Of a stretch of 64,000 nucleotides of DNA, positions 39,380 through 52,296 are shown one piece after another (within the stretch, counting starts at the first letter, position 1; every line of letters starts with the position of its first letter). The translations under genes were made by a program, and so were the position numbers. The stretch is taken from positions 3,100,001-3,164,000 of the forward strand of contig CM120647.1 of NCBI GenBank assembly GCA_051362555.1, in the 5' to 3' direction. The notes under the pieces are model-generated. The model was not told where the DNA came from and ran no database searches. It saw only the letters and a program-made list of their open reading frames with translations. Source of the stretch: Lingula anatina. Taxonomy: Eukaryota > Animalia > Brachiopoda.

Positions 39380-42300
39380 TCAAGGGGGGGCAGCCGAGAC
39401 TAACGGCTTCATAGGAGAACCACAAATACTGCCATCATCATTGCAGGACAGCCGAGACTGCCAGAACATAGCAGGACCATCAAGACTGCCAGAACATGGC
39501 AGGACAACCATGACTGCCAGAACATGGCAGGACCACAGAGACTGCCAGAACATGACAGGACCACCAAGACTGCCAGAACATGGCAGGACCACCGAGACTG
39601 CCAGAACATGACAGGACCACCGAGACTGCCTGATCTTGGAGGGACCATCAAGATTACCAGCATCATGGCAGGACAACCGAGACTGCCAGAACATGGCAGG
39701 ACCACCGAGACTGCCAGAACATGACAGGACCACCGAGACTGCCTGATCCTGGAAGGACCATCAAGACTACCAGCATCATGGCAGGATAACCGAGACTGCC
39801 AGAACATGGCAGGACAACCGAGACTGCCAAAACATGGCAGGACAACCGAGACTGCCAGAACATGGCAGGACAACCGAGACTGCCAAAACATGGCAGGACA
39901 ACCGAGACTGCCAATGTCATGGCAGGACAACCGGGACTGCCAATGTCATGGCAGGACAACCGAGACTGCCAATGTCATGGCAGGACAACCGAGACTGCCA
40001 ATGTCATGGCAGGACAACCGGGACTGCCAATGTCATGGCAGGACAACCGAAACTGCCAATGTCATGGCAGGACAACCGGGACTGCCAATGTCATGGCAGG
40101 ACAACCGGGACTGCCAATGTCATGGCAGGACAACCGAGACTGCCAATGTCATGGCAGGACAACCGGGACTGCCAATGTCATGGCAGGACAACCGGGACTG
40201 CCAATGTCATGGCAGGACAACCGGGACTGCCAATGTCATGGCAGGACAACCGGGACTGCCAATGTCATGGCAGGACAACCAAGACTGCCAGTGTCATGGC
40301 AGGACGACTGGGACTGCCAGTGTCATGGCAGGACAACAATGACTGCCAATGTAATGGCAGGACTAACATGACTTCCAATGTCATAGCAGGACAACAAGGA
40401 CTGCCAGCATCATGGCAGGATAACCTTATCTGCCAATGTCAAGGCAGGACAACTGAGACTGCCAGTATCATGGCAGAACAAAAAAGCTTACCAGCATCAT
40501 GAATGGACAACCAATTCTGGACAGATCATATGTCTGCCAGCTACATGGCAAAACAACTGAGACTGCCAGAACATGGCAGGACAACCGAGACTGCCAGAAC
40601 ATGGCAGGACCACATAGACTGCCAGTTTCATGGCAGGACAGCCGAACCTGCCATCAGAATGACAGGACAGCCGAATCTGCGAGAACGCTGGCAGGACAAC
40701 CAATGTCTGCCAGCTACATGGCAAGACAACTGAGACTGCCAGAACATGGCAGGACAACCGAGACTGCCAGAACATGGCAGGACCACGTAGACTGCCAGTT
40801 TCATGGCAGGTCAGCCGAACCTGCCATCAGAATGACAGGACAGCCGAATCTGCGAGAACTCTGGCAGGACGACCAATGTCTGCCAGCTACATGGCAAGAC
40901 AACTGAGACTGCCAGAACATGGCAGGACAACCGAGACTGCCAGAACATGGCAGGACCACGTAGACTGCCAGTTTCATGGCAGGACAGCCGAACCTGCCAT
41001 CAGAATGACAGGACAGCTGAATCTGCGAGAACTCTGGCAGGACAACCACTGTCTGCCAGCTACATGGCAAGACAACTGAGACTGCCAGAACATGGCAGGA
41101 CAACCGAGACTGCCAGAACATGGCAGGACCACGTAGACTGCCAGTTTCATGGCAGGTCAGCCGAACCTGCCATCAGAATGACAGGACAGCCGAATCTGCG
41201 AGAACTCTGGCAGGACAACCACTGTCTGCCAGCTACATGGCAAGACAACTGAGACTGCCAGAACATGGCAGGACAACCGAGACTGCCAGAACATGGCAGG
41301 ACCACGTAGACTGCCAGTTTCATGGCAGGACAGCCGAACCTGCCATCAGAATGACAGGACAGCCGAATCTGCGAGAACTCTGGCAGGACGACCAATGTCT
41401 GCCAGCTACATGGCAAGACAACTGAGACTGCCAGAACATGGCAGGACCACGTAGACTGCCAGTTTCATGGCAGGACAGCCGAACCTGCCATCAGAATGAC
41501 AGGGCAGCTGAATCTGCGAGAACTCTGGCAGGGCGACCAATGTCTGCCAGCTACATGGCAAGACAACTGAGACTGCCAGAACATGGCAGGACCACGTAGA
41601 CTGCCAGTTTCATGGCAGGTCAGCCGAACCTGCCATCAGAATGACAGGACAGCCGAATCTGCGAGAACTCTGGCAGGGTGACCAATGTCTGCCAGCTACA
41701 TGGCAAGACAACTGAGACTGCCAGAACATGGCAGGACAACCGAGACTGCCAAAACATGGCAGGACAACCGAGACTGCCAGAACATGGCAGGACCATGTAG
41801 ACTGCCAGTTTCATGGCAGGACAGCCGAACCTGCCATCAGAATGACAGGACAGCTGAATCTGCAAGAACTCTGGCAGGACAACCATGTCTGCCAGCTACA
41901 TGGCAAGACAACTGAGACTGCCAGAACATGGCAGGACAACTGAGACTGCCTTCTGGCCATCAGAATGACAGGACATTATTTCCATGGCAGGACCACGTAG
42001 ACTGCCAGTATCATGGCAGGCAGCCAAACCTGCCATCAGAATGACAGGACAGTCGAATCTGCGAGAACTCTGGCAGGACAACCAATGTCTGCCAGCTACA
42101 TGGCAAGACAACTGAGACTGCCAGAACATGGCAGGACCACGAAGACTGCCAGTTTCATGGCAGGACAGCCGAACCTGCCATCAGAATGACAGGACAGCTG
42201 AATCTGCGAGAACTCTGGCAGGACAACCAATGTCTGCCAGCTACATGGCAAGACAACTGAGACTGCCAGAACATGGCAGGACAACCGAGACTGCCAGAAC

Positions 42301-42710
42301 ATGGCAGGACCATGTAGACTGCCAGTTTCATGGCAGGACAGCCGAACCTGCCATCAGAATGACAGGACAGCTGAATCTGCAAGAACTCTGGCAGGACAAC
42401 CATGTCTGCCAGCTACATGGCAAGACAACTGAGACTGCCAGAACATGGCAGGACAACCGAGACCGCCAGAACATGGCAGGACCACGTAGACTGCCAGTAT
42501 CATGGCAGGTCAGCCGAACCTGCCATCAGAATGACAGGACAGTCGAATCTGCGAGAACTCTGGCAGGACAGCCAAGTCTGCCAGCATCATGACTGGACAA
42601 CCGAGACTGCCAGAACATGGCAGGACAACGGAGACTGACATCAGAATAGCAGGACAACCCAGTCTGCCAGCTACATGGCAGGACAACCAAGTCTGATAGC
42701 ATCATGGCAG
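39380..42710. repeat. 3.3-kb satellite: 28-bp and 29-bp monomers and a 173-bp higher-order repeat
   Basis: catggcaggacaaccgagactgccagaa (28), catggcaggacaaccgggactgccaatgt (29); identical blocks at 40774, 40947 and 41120. Confidence 0.95.
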
Positions 42711-42979
42711 TCTGGATCTGAAGCCTAGATCTTTCATGGAGCATATATCCTATTTTCTGGAAACTCAGTAGCTGGGAGTCCCTGAAAATAAAAGATGAAA
42801 ATCACATGAAAAAAAAAACAAGGCAGCAAAGCTGTCAAATGTACAGACAAAAAACAGAAAATAAAGATGCAAAAAAGGTCATTTTGTCAATTTTGATGCA
42901 ATAATAAATAATGCTTATAATAGCACTGTCAGTCAACACTGAATTTTAATCTTGCACAACAGGTAACATGGTCAATAAC

Positions 42980-43144
42980 AGGAGCGGACCCAGAGATATT
43001 TTCTGACAGTATTACAAAGTATCTATGTTGATCCATCCTCCATTTTGATGGTGTTCCAACAGAAAAAAATAGATACCAGTCAATATAAACTTAATAACCT
43101 GACTGTCTTCCGGAAGACCCAGAAGATGGTCTCAATCCACCCCT
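42980..43144. mobile_element. Small decayed hAT-like MITE
   Basis: Ends AGGAGCGGACCCAG / ATCCACCCCT; flanks TCAATAAC / TCAATAAG; absent at paralogous site near 27615. Confidence 0.7.
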
Positions 43145-43386
43145 TCAATAAGATTACAGTTTCAGGACCATGAGAGTTCAAATTCACATTATGAAAGTCT
43201 CAATATTTGAAAAATGATGACAGTGCATAAAATAATATTACATAATGTTTAAAGACATAAAAAACAATATAACTGCTTATGTAGAAATACAGAAAATGTG
43301 CAGAGCCCCAGGCAGATGACAGCCTGCCTGGGGCTAAAAGTCACAAATGCAAGTGTTTGAGAAAAAATTATAAAGGAAAACAACAA

Positions 43387-43623
43387 AACTAGAAAAGCGC
43401 TTTGAGAGTGCAGACCTCTGCCAAGGCAGCAATTGTTGATTATTATTGATAATTGATTGATTATTGATCCGGACCACCACCAAAAATTAATCATTGTCCT
43501 CTTTGGCCCACTTCCGACAGTTCCTGAAAATTTCTGCAAAATCAGTCCATAACTTTTTGTGTTATGTGGATGACAGACAAACAGGGGTGAAAATATAACC
43601 TCCTTGGCAGAGCTTGAGGTAAA
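43387..43623 (-). mobile_element. Short HINE/DINE-like element, family C
   Basis: aactagaaaagcgc...gagtgc, ctctgccaagg sub-TIR, (ACAG/ACAA) tract, aacctccttggcagag...gaggt; absent at paralogue near 27865; second copy at 62576. Confidence 0.8.
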
Positions 43624-43668
43624 TATAATTCCAATGAAGCTGCTATTCAAACTTTTAATCTTCCAGTT

Positions 43669-43670
<2 letters not shown>

Positions 43671-43716
<46 letters not shown>
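43671..43716. repeat. (AT)n microsatellite (another at 27024-27055)
   Basis: Direct reading. Confidence 0.95.
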
Positions 43717-43719
<3 letters not shown>

Positions 43720-45271
43720 TTATTTGCAATATTAAACAAAATTTACCTGCATAATTATCACTGCTTCCTTATTATTAATCTAGCAGAGAGCTTTCCCTTT
43801 GGGAGTTTACAGGGAAATATCAACAAGTGTGCTTTACGTAATCTCATTTAATGGCCTATTAAAGCAAATGACTTTATAACTCTGAAATTAATCTAGTGAT
43901 ACCCAAGGGTAATTTACAGACTGACCCACTCAAAGGTCTTCAGGCCCATAAGTCACCTTAAGAAAAGCACAAAACCATAATGCCCAAAATAGGAGACTAC
44001 CAATTCTGATGCAATAATACATTATGTTTAACTGCACAGTCAACATCAACTTATGCACAACAGGTAACACAGAGGAAAGTAAAAGCATAAGGCTTCAGGC
44101 CCATCAGAGTTCAAGTTTATACTTAGAAAGTGCCAGAATGAGAAAAATGAAAATTTCACAAAAAATGCATAAATACAATAAACATGATAATCCAATAGAG
44201 CTGGTTTTCTCATGAGCTGAAGGCCAATCCTAAAAATCGTACTTGTAAGTTTAAAATTATAATAAGTAGCACAGTTTTCTTTTCATAATGTTTGCAGTAG
44301 CAGTGCAAAAAGATTGTCAATTTTGATGTAACATTACATAATAAATTAGAGAATAATTATCACCAATTTTTATTTATTGACTATAAATAGGATGGACATG
44401 TAGAAAATATGATTACCATTTGGCTTCATGTCCATGGGAGCTCCGAGTCCCACAATGAATATGCCAAAAAAGATAATGAATATAACACTAAAATGTATAA
44501 CTTCCAGAAAAAGAAGCCAATTAGACTGCTTTTCTGAATCAGGCTGCATTTTAGTCCTGTGTTTCTTTTTTGAAAGTTTGACAGTCATAAGTAACACGGT
44601 TTTCCCATAATGGTCATCAAGGCAGCAGCACCAAAAATTGTGTTTTCTTCTATTTTGATGCAACATTACATAATGCTTAACAGCATAATGACCATCGATT
44701 TTTAATAATAAAATATCAGTGTCATGGATTTTCACAAAATGTGACTAGCACGGGTCTTCAAGCCCGTGGAGGTTCTAAGTCGCACCTTGGAAATGCCAAT
44801 ATGTGAAAAATTAAATTTTCACAAAAAAACTGTTTAATTGCCAGAAAAATTTACCAAACAGACTGCATTGCCTACTGAAGCTGTATGTTAGACCCATGTT
44901 TCTTTCCTGTAAGTTTGGGAACAGTAATTGACATGATTTTTGTTAAATGGTCATCATGGGAGCAGTGCCCAAAATAGGGGTTTCTTCAAATTTTGATGCA
45001 ACATTACATAATGTTTAACAGCATAATGACCATCAATTTTTAATTATAAAATATTAGTATCACGGATATTCAGGAAATGTGACAAGCAAAGGTCTTCAGG
45101 ATCATGGAACTTCAAAGTCACACCTTGAAAATGCCAATAAGTGAAAAATTAAATTTTCACAAAAAACTGTTTAATTGCCAGAAAAATTTACCAAACAGCC
45201 TGCATTGCCTACTGGAGCTGTATTTTAGTCCCATGTTTCTTTCCTGTAAGTTTGAGAACAGTAAGTGACAT

Positions 45272-46951
45272 CAGGGGTCGAAACAGACGGTCGCCCACTC
45301 GCCAATGCGACTTAGAAACGTCCCGGGCGACTACCTGTCAGGGGTACTGGTCCGTTTTGGCGACCGCTGAAAAGTGCCAAACATCGTTGCCAAACCCACA
45401 GTCTGCGACGTTAAGCACTAGCCGGAGGCAATTGCCCACCTAAAGTGGCACCGGGCTAGTAAAAAAGTTGAAATTTTATAAAGCACTAGCTGTAATTTTG
45501 AACCTATATTAACACTCAGTAAGATTTCAAAAATATGAGTCGCCAGTCTTCTTTGTTCCTGCCTCTAATTTGACGTTTCTAGATAGTATGATATGCCTCT
45601 CAGTTGAAAAAAAATCACACCTAGCTCAAACTACTGAATATTGATTAGTTGCTATAAATAACTTCACTGTAGTTATTAATAGTAGCAGTCTGTCTGATCA
45701 GCGTGTCGGCATCTTTTTATTTGACCAGTTTGTTGTCATGACTACAAATTGCTGTCAATCAAGAAACTGGATCAGACCGGAATTCTTTGGCACTAGCAAC
45801 AGGTTTTGTCAAAACAACACTGTCTCCGAAGCAAGTGTAATGTATGCGTTATCTCATAGAACATTTAGGTTAGCACCACTTAGCAGACTGAGGTGGAGTA
45901 TTCTATTTCCTTTTTTGTTTATATTTTTTATTTATAATTTTAATGTCCATGAGTAAATACATGGCAGTTACATAAATACCCTATGAACTATTCTTGACAA
46001 TGTGGGATAGTTCGGTTTATGCCATGGCTACCCCTCCACACTTTGTCCTGGTAAAGTCCTTGAAAAGTTGTTTTAACAAATATATAACCAAAAGAATTGT
46101 TACCAAAAAAATTGTAAGACGTTTGTTTAATTACCCTTACAGCACCTATGTATTTTAAATTAGAAGTGGCATTATATTAGAAGTGGCAAATTGTCAGAAA
46201 AGAGCCATTGTCAATAAAAAGAATAGGAATTAAAAAAAAAAAAAGATTTTGATTGCATATAAAAAAGATATAATAAAAATATGAAAAGTAAAGGTAACTA
46301 TATTCAGTATTACAAATTAAAAAAAAAAAAGAATTTTTTCAATATTAAAAAAAATTAAATATATTTTTAATTAATTTTACCACCCCATCAACTGGAAATT
46401 AACCTGATTAACTTTGTTATTCACTTGCTCTACTTCTATAATAAGGTTTATAAGAAAGTACAGTATGGTACCACAACTCTTTACAACATCTGCTTAAACT
46501 TTTTAAATGAATTATTTAAATTGGGCTAGTGTTTTTTGGTTCGGGCTAGTAAAGTTTGAGAGAAGTTTTTTTCGTTTCGCGTTCAACCCCAGCAATTAAA
46601 ATTAAATTAAATTTTTAAGATTAAAATATGGATATATGTAGAAGTTATATTTATTTCATAATAATTTTTTATATATCCATTTTATTTTTATATATTATGA
46701 TGATGAGCTAGCAGAGGAGGATGTGTACAAACAGTTAAAGGAACTGACTGAATTATGAATGTGTTTAGATAATCATATAGAAATAAAAATGGATGTTAAA
46801 CATGTATGCATTTTCGTTATATCTAGTAGCTTGAAACTACTAATTTTTAACGTAAAATTTTACGGACCAGTACTTCTTGGTAAGGACCAGTACCTCTAAG
46901 GTCCACTGGTCCGTATTGGCCAGTCCTGCCCAAATTCTGTTTTGACCCCTG
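45272..46951. mobile_element. Non-autonomous hAT-like element with 6-bp TSD
   Basis: TIR CAGGGGTCGAAACAGA / TCTGTTTTGACCCCTG; TSD TGACAT; empty site cagtaagtgacatgatt near 31234. Confidence 0.9.
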
Positions 46952-49139
46952 TGACATGATTTTCCTTAAATGGTCATCATGGGAGCAGTGCCCAAAATAG
47001 GGGTTTCTTCAAATTTTCATGCAATATTACATAATGTTTTACAGCATAATGACCATCAATTTTTAATTATAAAATATTAGCATCATGGTTATTCAGAAAA
47101 TGTGACTAGCAAAAGCCTTCAGGCCCATGGAACTTCAAAGTCACATATTGAAAATGCCAAAATGTAAACAATACAGCACTGTTCTGAAATGGGTTTATTT
47201 CCATTTTTAACACTTTTTAAACATTAAACAAAATAAACAGTTTACTGCCATTTTTATATGACCAATGAAGAAAATTGATGAGATGGGAAAAGTATCAATA
47301 GAACAGTTTTAAATGCCCAACTTCCTCCATTCTGAGATTCTGAACATAGTGGATGAATGCATCTGACAAACTGCAATGATATGAGTTTATTTCCATTTTT
47401 GACACTTTATTACACAATACATGATAACAAGTTTACCATCATTTTTACAAAATCAACTAACAATGTTGTAAAGATGCAGGAAATGCCAAACAAACACATT
47501 TACGTATCTTATTAGTTCAATAATGAGACTGTTAACATGCCTAAGAATTGAATGTGAGGAAATGTGAAAAAACAGCATTACCTTTTAAAATAATGGACTG
47601 ATTATGCTGATTTTCAAACTCAACCTGCGTTTTAGTAAGATTGGCCCCTCCTGTGAGTATAATGACAATTGGCCAATCTGTTTTTCTTATATTGTGTTAT
47701 CAGTGTTGCATATATACTGAAAAAAGTGAAAAAAAACAGCATAAATTCCCTATAAGTGACCCGATCGTGCTGATTTTCGAACTTGACCTGCGTATTATGA
47801 ATATTTATCAGTTCTGTAAGTTTCAAGCCAAAGGGTAAAACAGCTCTTCATTTATTGTGTTATCAGTGTTGCAAAAATGCTGAAAAAAAGTGAAAAAATA
47901 GCCTAAATTTACTAAAAATGACCCGATCGTGCTGATTTTCGAACTTGACCTGCGTATTATAAATATTTATCAGTTCTGTAAGTTTCAAGCCAAAGGGTAA
48001 AACAGCTCTTCATTTATTGTGTTATCAGTGTTGCAAAAATGCTGAAAAAAAGTGAAAAAATAGCCTAAATTCACTAAAAATGACCCAATCATGCTGATTT
48101 TCGAACTTGACCTGCGTATTATGAATATTCATCAGTTCTGTAAGTTTCAAGCCAAAGGGTAAAACAGCTCTTCATTTATTGTGTTATCAGTGTTGCAAAA
48201 ATGCTGAAAAAAAGTGAAAAAATAGCCTAAATTCACTAAAAATGACCCAATCATGCTGATTTTCGAACTTGACCTGCGTATTATGAATATTCATCAGTTC
48301 TGTAAGTTTCAAGCCAAAAGGTAAAATGGTTTTCCACTTATCGTGTTATCGGTGCTGCATATATGTTGAAAAAAGTGAAAAAACAGCATAAATTCCCTAA
48401 GAGTGACCCCATCATGCTGATTTTCGAACTTGACCTGCGTATTATGAATATTCATCAGTTCTGCAAGTTTCAAATCAAAAGGCAAAATGGTTTTCCACTT
48501 ATCGTGTTATCGGTAAAAGTGCACGGCGACGGCGACGGCGACGGCGACAGCGACGGCGACGACGGCGACGACAGACGCAGATGATGGCTATATGTACAGA
48601 CACATCTGTGTCTGTACATAAAAACAATTTCCTAAAAAGCTGATCATTACAACATCATATTTTGGCATTCTTTTACAGAACTAGATGGTTTTATAAGATT
48701 ATCTCCTATGCAATGTTGGCATTTGCTGCATTTTTCCTATTTGCCTTGAACATTGATGTAAACCATATCAACTTAGTCATACTATCATTTAAAGCCAACA
48801 TGTTCACTTTCATCCATTCTCGAAAACTCTGCAAGAACATACAGTATGTAGATCATTACAACATCTTGTTTTGGCATTTATACATAAAATTCTATTCAAC
48901 CTTGAAATAATATGAACATATTTAATGAAGCACCACATTTTCTTCAGTAGCAGACTTTACAATGTTTGCCAACAAACCAGGTGGCTGCTTTTGCCTCCAT
49001 AAGAATCACTTTACAGATTATTACCAGAAAAAAACTTTTTAGAAAAAAAAAAACATGGACTAGCTTTGAATGTTGGAATGGATTAATTAAACATTTGTTG
49101 GTATGGGTATGGGAAAATCATTGTTTTCCCCAGGTATAT

Positions 49140-51792
49140 TAGTCCGGTGGCTTAAGGAAAAAATCGTGACACGGCGGATAAAAGCACCAAATTTTGCATG
49201 TGGGTACCTTTTGACATTCTAAATCAAATTAGAGCCGTAGCCCACGGAAAAAATTTACCGTTTGGCCAAAAAATCCAAAATGGCCGCCAATTTATTGAAT
49301 TCTTTAGAAATATGTACATACCTATGTTGATTTTTATCAAATAAATTATTTTCTCAGAGTTTTCCACACCCTTATTACCCATTTTATTCATATATGTCAG
49401 ATATCAAACAAGTTCCCTTGGACTTTTTGAAAAAATCCAAGATGGCTGTCATTTGCCATAGAAACAGCCATAGGAATACTAGTGCACAACTATTACCAGC
49501 TAGAACGATACGTTGTCCACTATCAAATTAAGTCTGTTTCTCAGATCTTTGTTACCCACATAATATGTTTGTGGTGAGTAACTACGAAGTGTTCTTGGGC
49601 ATTTTGGAAAATCCAAGATGGCTGCCATGTGCCACAGGAATTCTAGTATACGGGGGATTCAACTAATGGCAACTGGAAAGATTAGTTTTTCACTATCAAA
49701 TTAAGCTGGTTTCTGAGTGTTTTCTACATCCTTTCTACCCACACAATATGTATGTGGTTAGTAACTAACAGTATTCTTGGGCATTTTGAGAAAATCCAAG
49801 ATGGCCGTCATATGTAATAGGAATACTTCTAGTATTACAAAGGGTTGGAACTAATGCCAGCTAATTCACTATCAAATTCAGTTTATTTTTTTTAGTGTTT
49901 TACACATTATTATTACACTGTGATACATATCTAGCAGGTAATAAATGTGCACATTTGATCATTTTGAGAAAACCCAAGATGGCCGTCACTGGCCATAGGA
50001 ATTACAACTGCACATCCATGGCTTTTCATCTACTACCAGGGTGAATTTGTGTTTGCTTATCAAGTTTTGCCCATCCTTATTAGTCCTATGATATATATCT
50101 GGTGGGTAAATAGTGTGCATCCTTGGATCTGAGAAAAAGATACCTACAATTTAACATAGGAATACTAATGGGTGGGTTTCAATTGCTGCTAGAGAGGCAT
50201 ATGGTTCATTATACAATTACATTTCCATGGGTTTGTTTTAAAAATAATTTATGTTTTTCATTCCATTTATTATTACCCCTATGATGTATACCTGGTCTGT
50301 AGCATGTGTGTATCTTTGGGTATTCTGAAAAAATTCAAGATGTCTGCCTTTTGTCATTAGAATATTCGAACACATAATCAAATAATGCTAGAGATACACT
50401 GAGTACGATTTAAATGTAGTTAACTTTGGGTCGTTTTTAAATGTTTTTCATATCCTATTTATCCTTATGAAAGACTCTGTGTGTTTTGAAAGTGTATGTA
50501 TCCTTGAGTATTATTCGGAGAAAACCCAAGATAGCTGCCAGTTGTCATAGGAATATATCATTCAAATGCACATAGGTGTCAATTAATAGAACAGTTCAAA
50601 TAAAGCCGTTTGATGTTTAAACATGTTGACATCCTTATTAACCTTACTCTTTATAAATCTGGTGTGTAGCAAGTGTGCATCTTGCGTATTTGAGAAAATT
50701 CAAGATTGCTGCAATTCACAATAGGAATAGTACAGTCAACTACTGCCAGAGAAACATTGGGTTCAATATAAAATGAATTTTGTTTCTCGGTATTTCCCAC
50801 ATTCTTTTTGGACTTTTAGATATCTATCTGGTGGGTAACAAGTGTATACCCTTAAGTATTTTGAAAAAATATCATGATTACCCTCATTTGCCTTAGAAGT
50901 GCCTATAAAATCTAATGCACCAGTTTTCCTATGAGGAAAAGAAGGCCATCTTGGATTTCCCCAAAATGATAAAATATGGACATTAATTACCTAACAGATA
51001 TGTGTCATGGGATAATAATACTAAAAAAAAAAACAGAATAACAACTGAATTCAGCTTCATTTTATTTGTAAGCCTATCTCTCGCAGGTATTAACTGAACC
51101 CCACCTTCTACGGCTAATGGCAGCCATTTTGTTTTGTTTTGTTTTCAAAAAGGATACACATAACATTCTCATCACATATGTATTATGTTAATTAAAAATA
51201 TGTGGAAAATACTCAGAAACAAACCTAATTTAACAATTAATATTATATCTCCATGGCAGAAGAAGCCCTATGTGTATACTAGTATTCCTTTGATATGGGG
51301 GCCATCTTGGATTTTTCTCGAATTGCCTATGAATAAAGGTTAGTTACTCCCCACAAATATATTATTTGTGTAATAAGAAACAAAATTAATTAGATAGTGG
51401 GCAATGCATCTTCCTAGTTGGCATTAGTTAGTTGAAAACCCTTGTACATGTTCTAGTATTCCTATGCCATACGGCGGCCATCTTGGATTTTTCAATAAGT
51501 CCAAGGACACTAGTTTGTTATCTGACACATATGCATAATATGGGTAATAAGGATGTGGAAAACATTGAGAAAATACTTAATTTGATAAAAATCAACATAG
51601 ATATGTATATATTTCTACAAAATTTCACAAATTGGCGGCCATTTTGGATTTTTTGGCCAAACGGTAAATTTTTTCCGTGGGCTACGGCTCTAATTTGATT
51701 TAGTATGTCAAAAGGTACCCACATGCAAAATTTGGTGCTTTTATCCGCTGTGTCACGATTTGGCCATTTTTTTGCCCTAAGCAACCGGACTA
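49140..51792. mobile_element. Academ-like non-autonomous long-TIR (foldback) element
   Basis: Termini TAGTCCGG / CCGGACTA; TAT on both sides; TIRs over 300 bp; internal aaaatccaagatggc repeats invert across the middle. Confidence 0.82.
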
Positions 51793-52296
51793 TATACTTT
51801 CTTTGCCAAAACAACCAGTTGTTATCCCTTAAAACAGTTATTTGTAGGGCATATTGATGATCTAGATCTTGCCTTGTTTCATTCCACTAGAGAGGTCAGG
51901 TCAACTTTGATAGTAACATAGATATCAGCCAAAAGGATCTTATGTGATAGAAAAATTCATGAGCTTTCCAAAACATTTTATTTTTTGGAAATCAAGCAAG
52001 CCAATCAAAAGTTATTAAATGTAAAAGAATGCTAGTTGCTCACAAAAATTTGAAAAAGTCTGGTATCCAAGCATATATGTAACAGTGGAAGCCAAAAGTG
52101 TCACCTCATTGCCCAATAAATAAAACAAAATTGGCATAACTTTTGAATGTAGTAAAGTATCCATTTGAAATTTTCTGGAAAGTTACAGTATGCCAAGAAA
52201 AATCTGACAAGATATAATTTTCGATAATTCATCCATTATTTCCATGGCAACCGTTGCTAAATATCAATAGCGATCAACACTTTTTTTTTCAAAAGG

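Larger units (their letters stand above)
42817..48624 (-). mobile_element. Helentron/HINE-like family A, copy 3 (with nested insertions)
   Basis: Same termini; (GACGGC)n before the terminal hairpin; interior homologous to copies 1 and 2. Confidence 0.82.

Noticed and set aside
39380-42710. CRISPR-like array (palindromic 28-29-bp repeats)
   Set aside because: Units are directly adjacent with no unique spacers; no cas genes; eukaryotic context. The same applies to the 37-bp array at 58485
39351-42744. Many overlapping ORFs (MAGQPRLP..., WQDNRDCQ...) as a repetitive protein
   Set aside because: Units of 28, 29 and 173 bp are not multiples of 3, and the same peptides appear in all frames on both strands; an artefact of a stop-poor satellite
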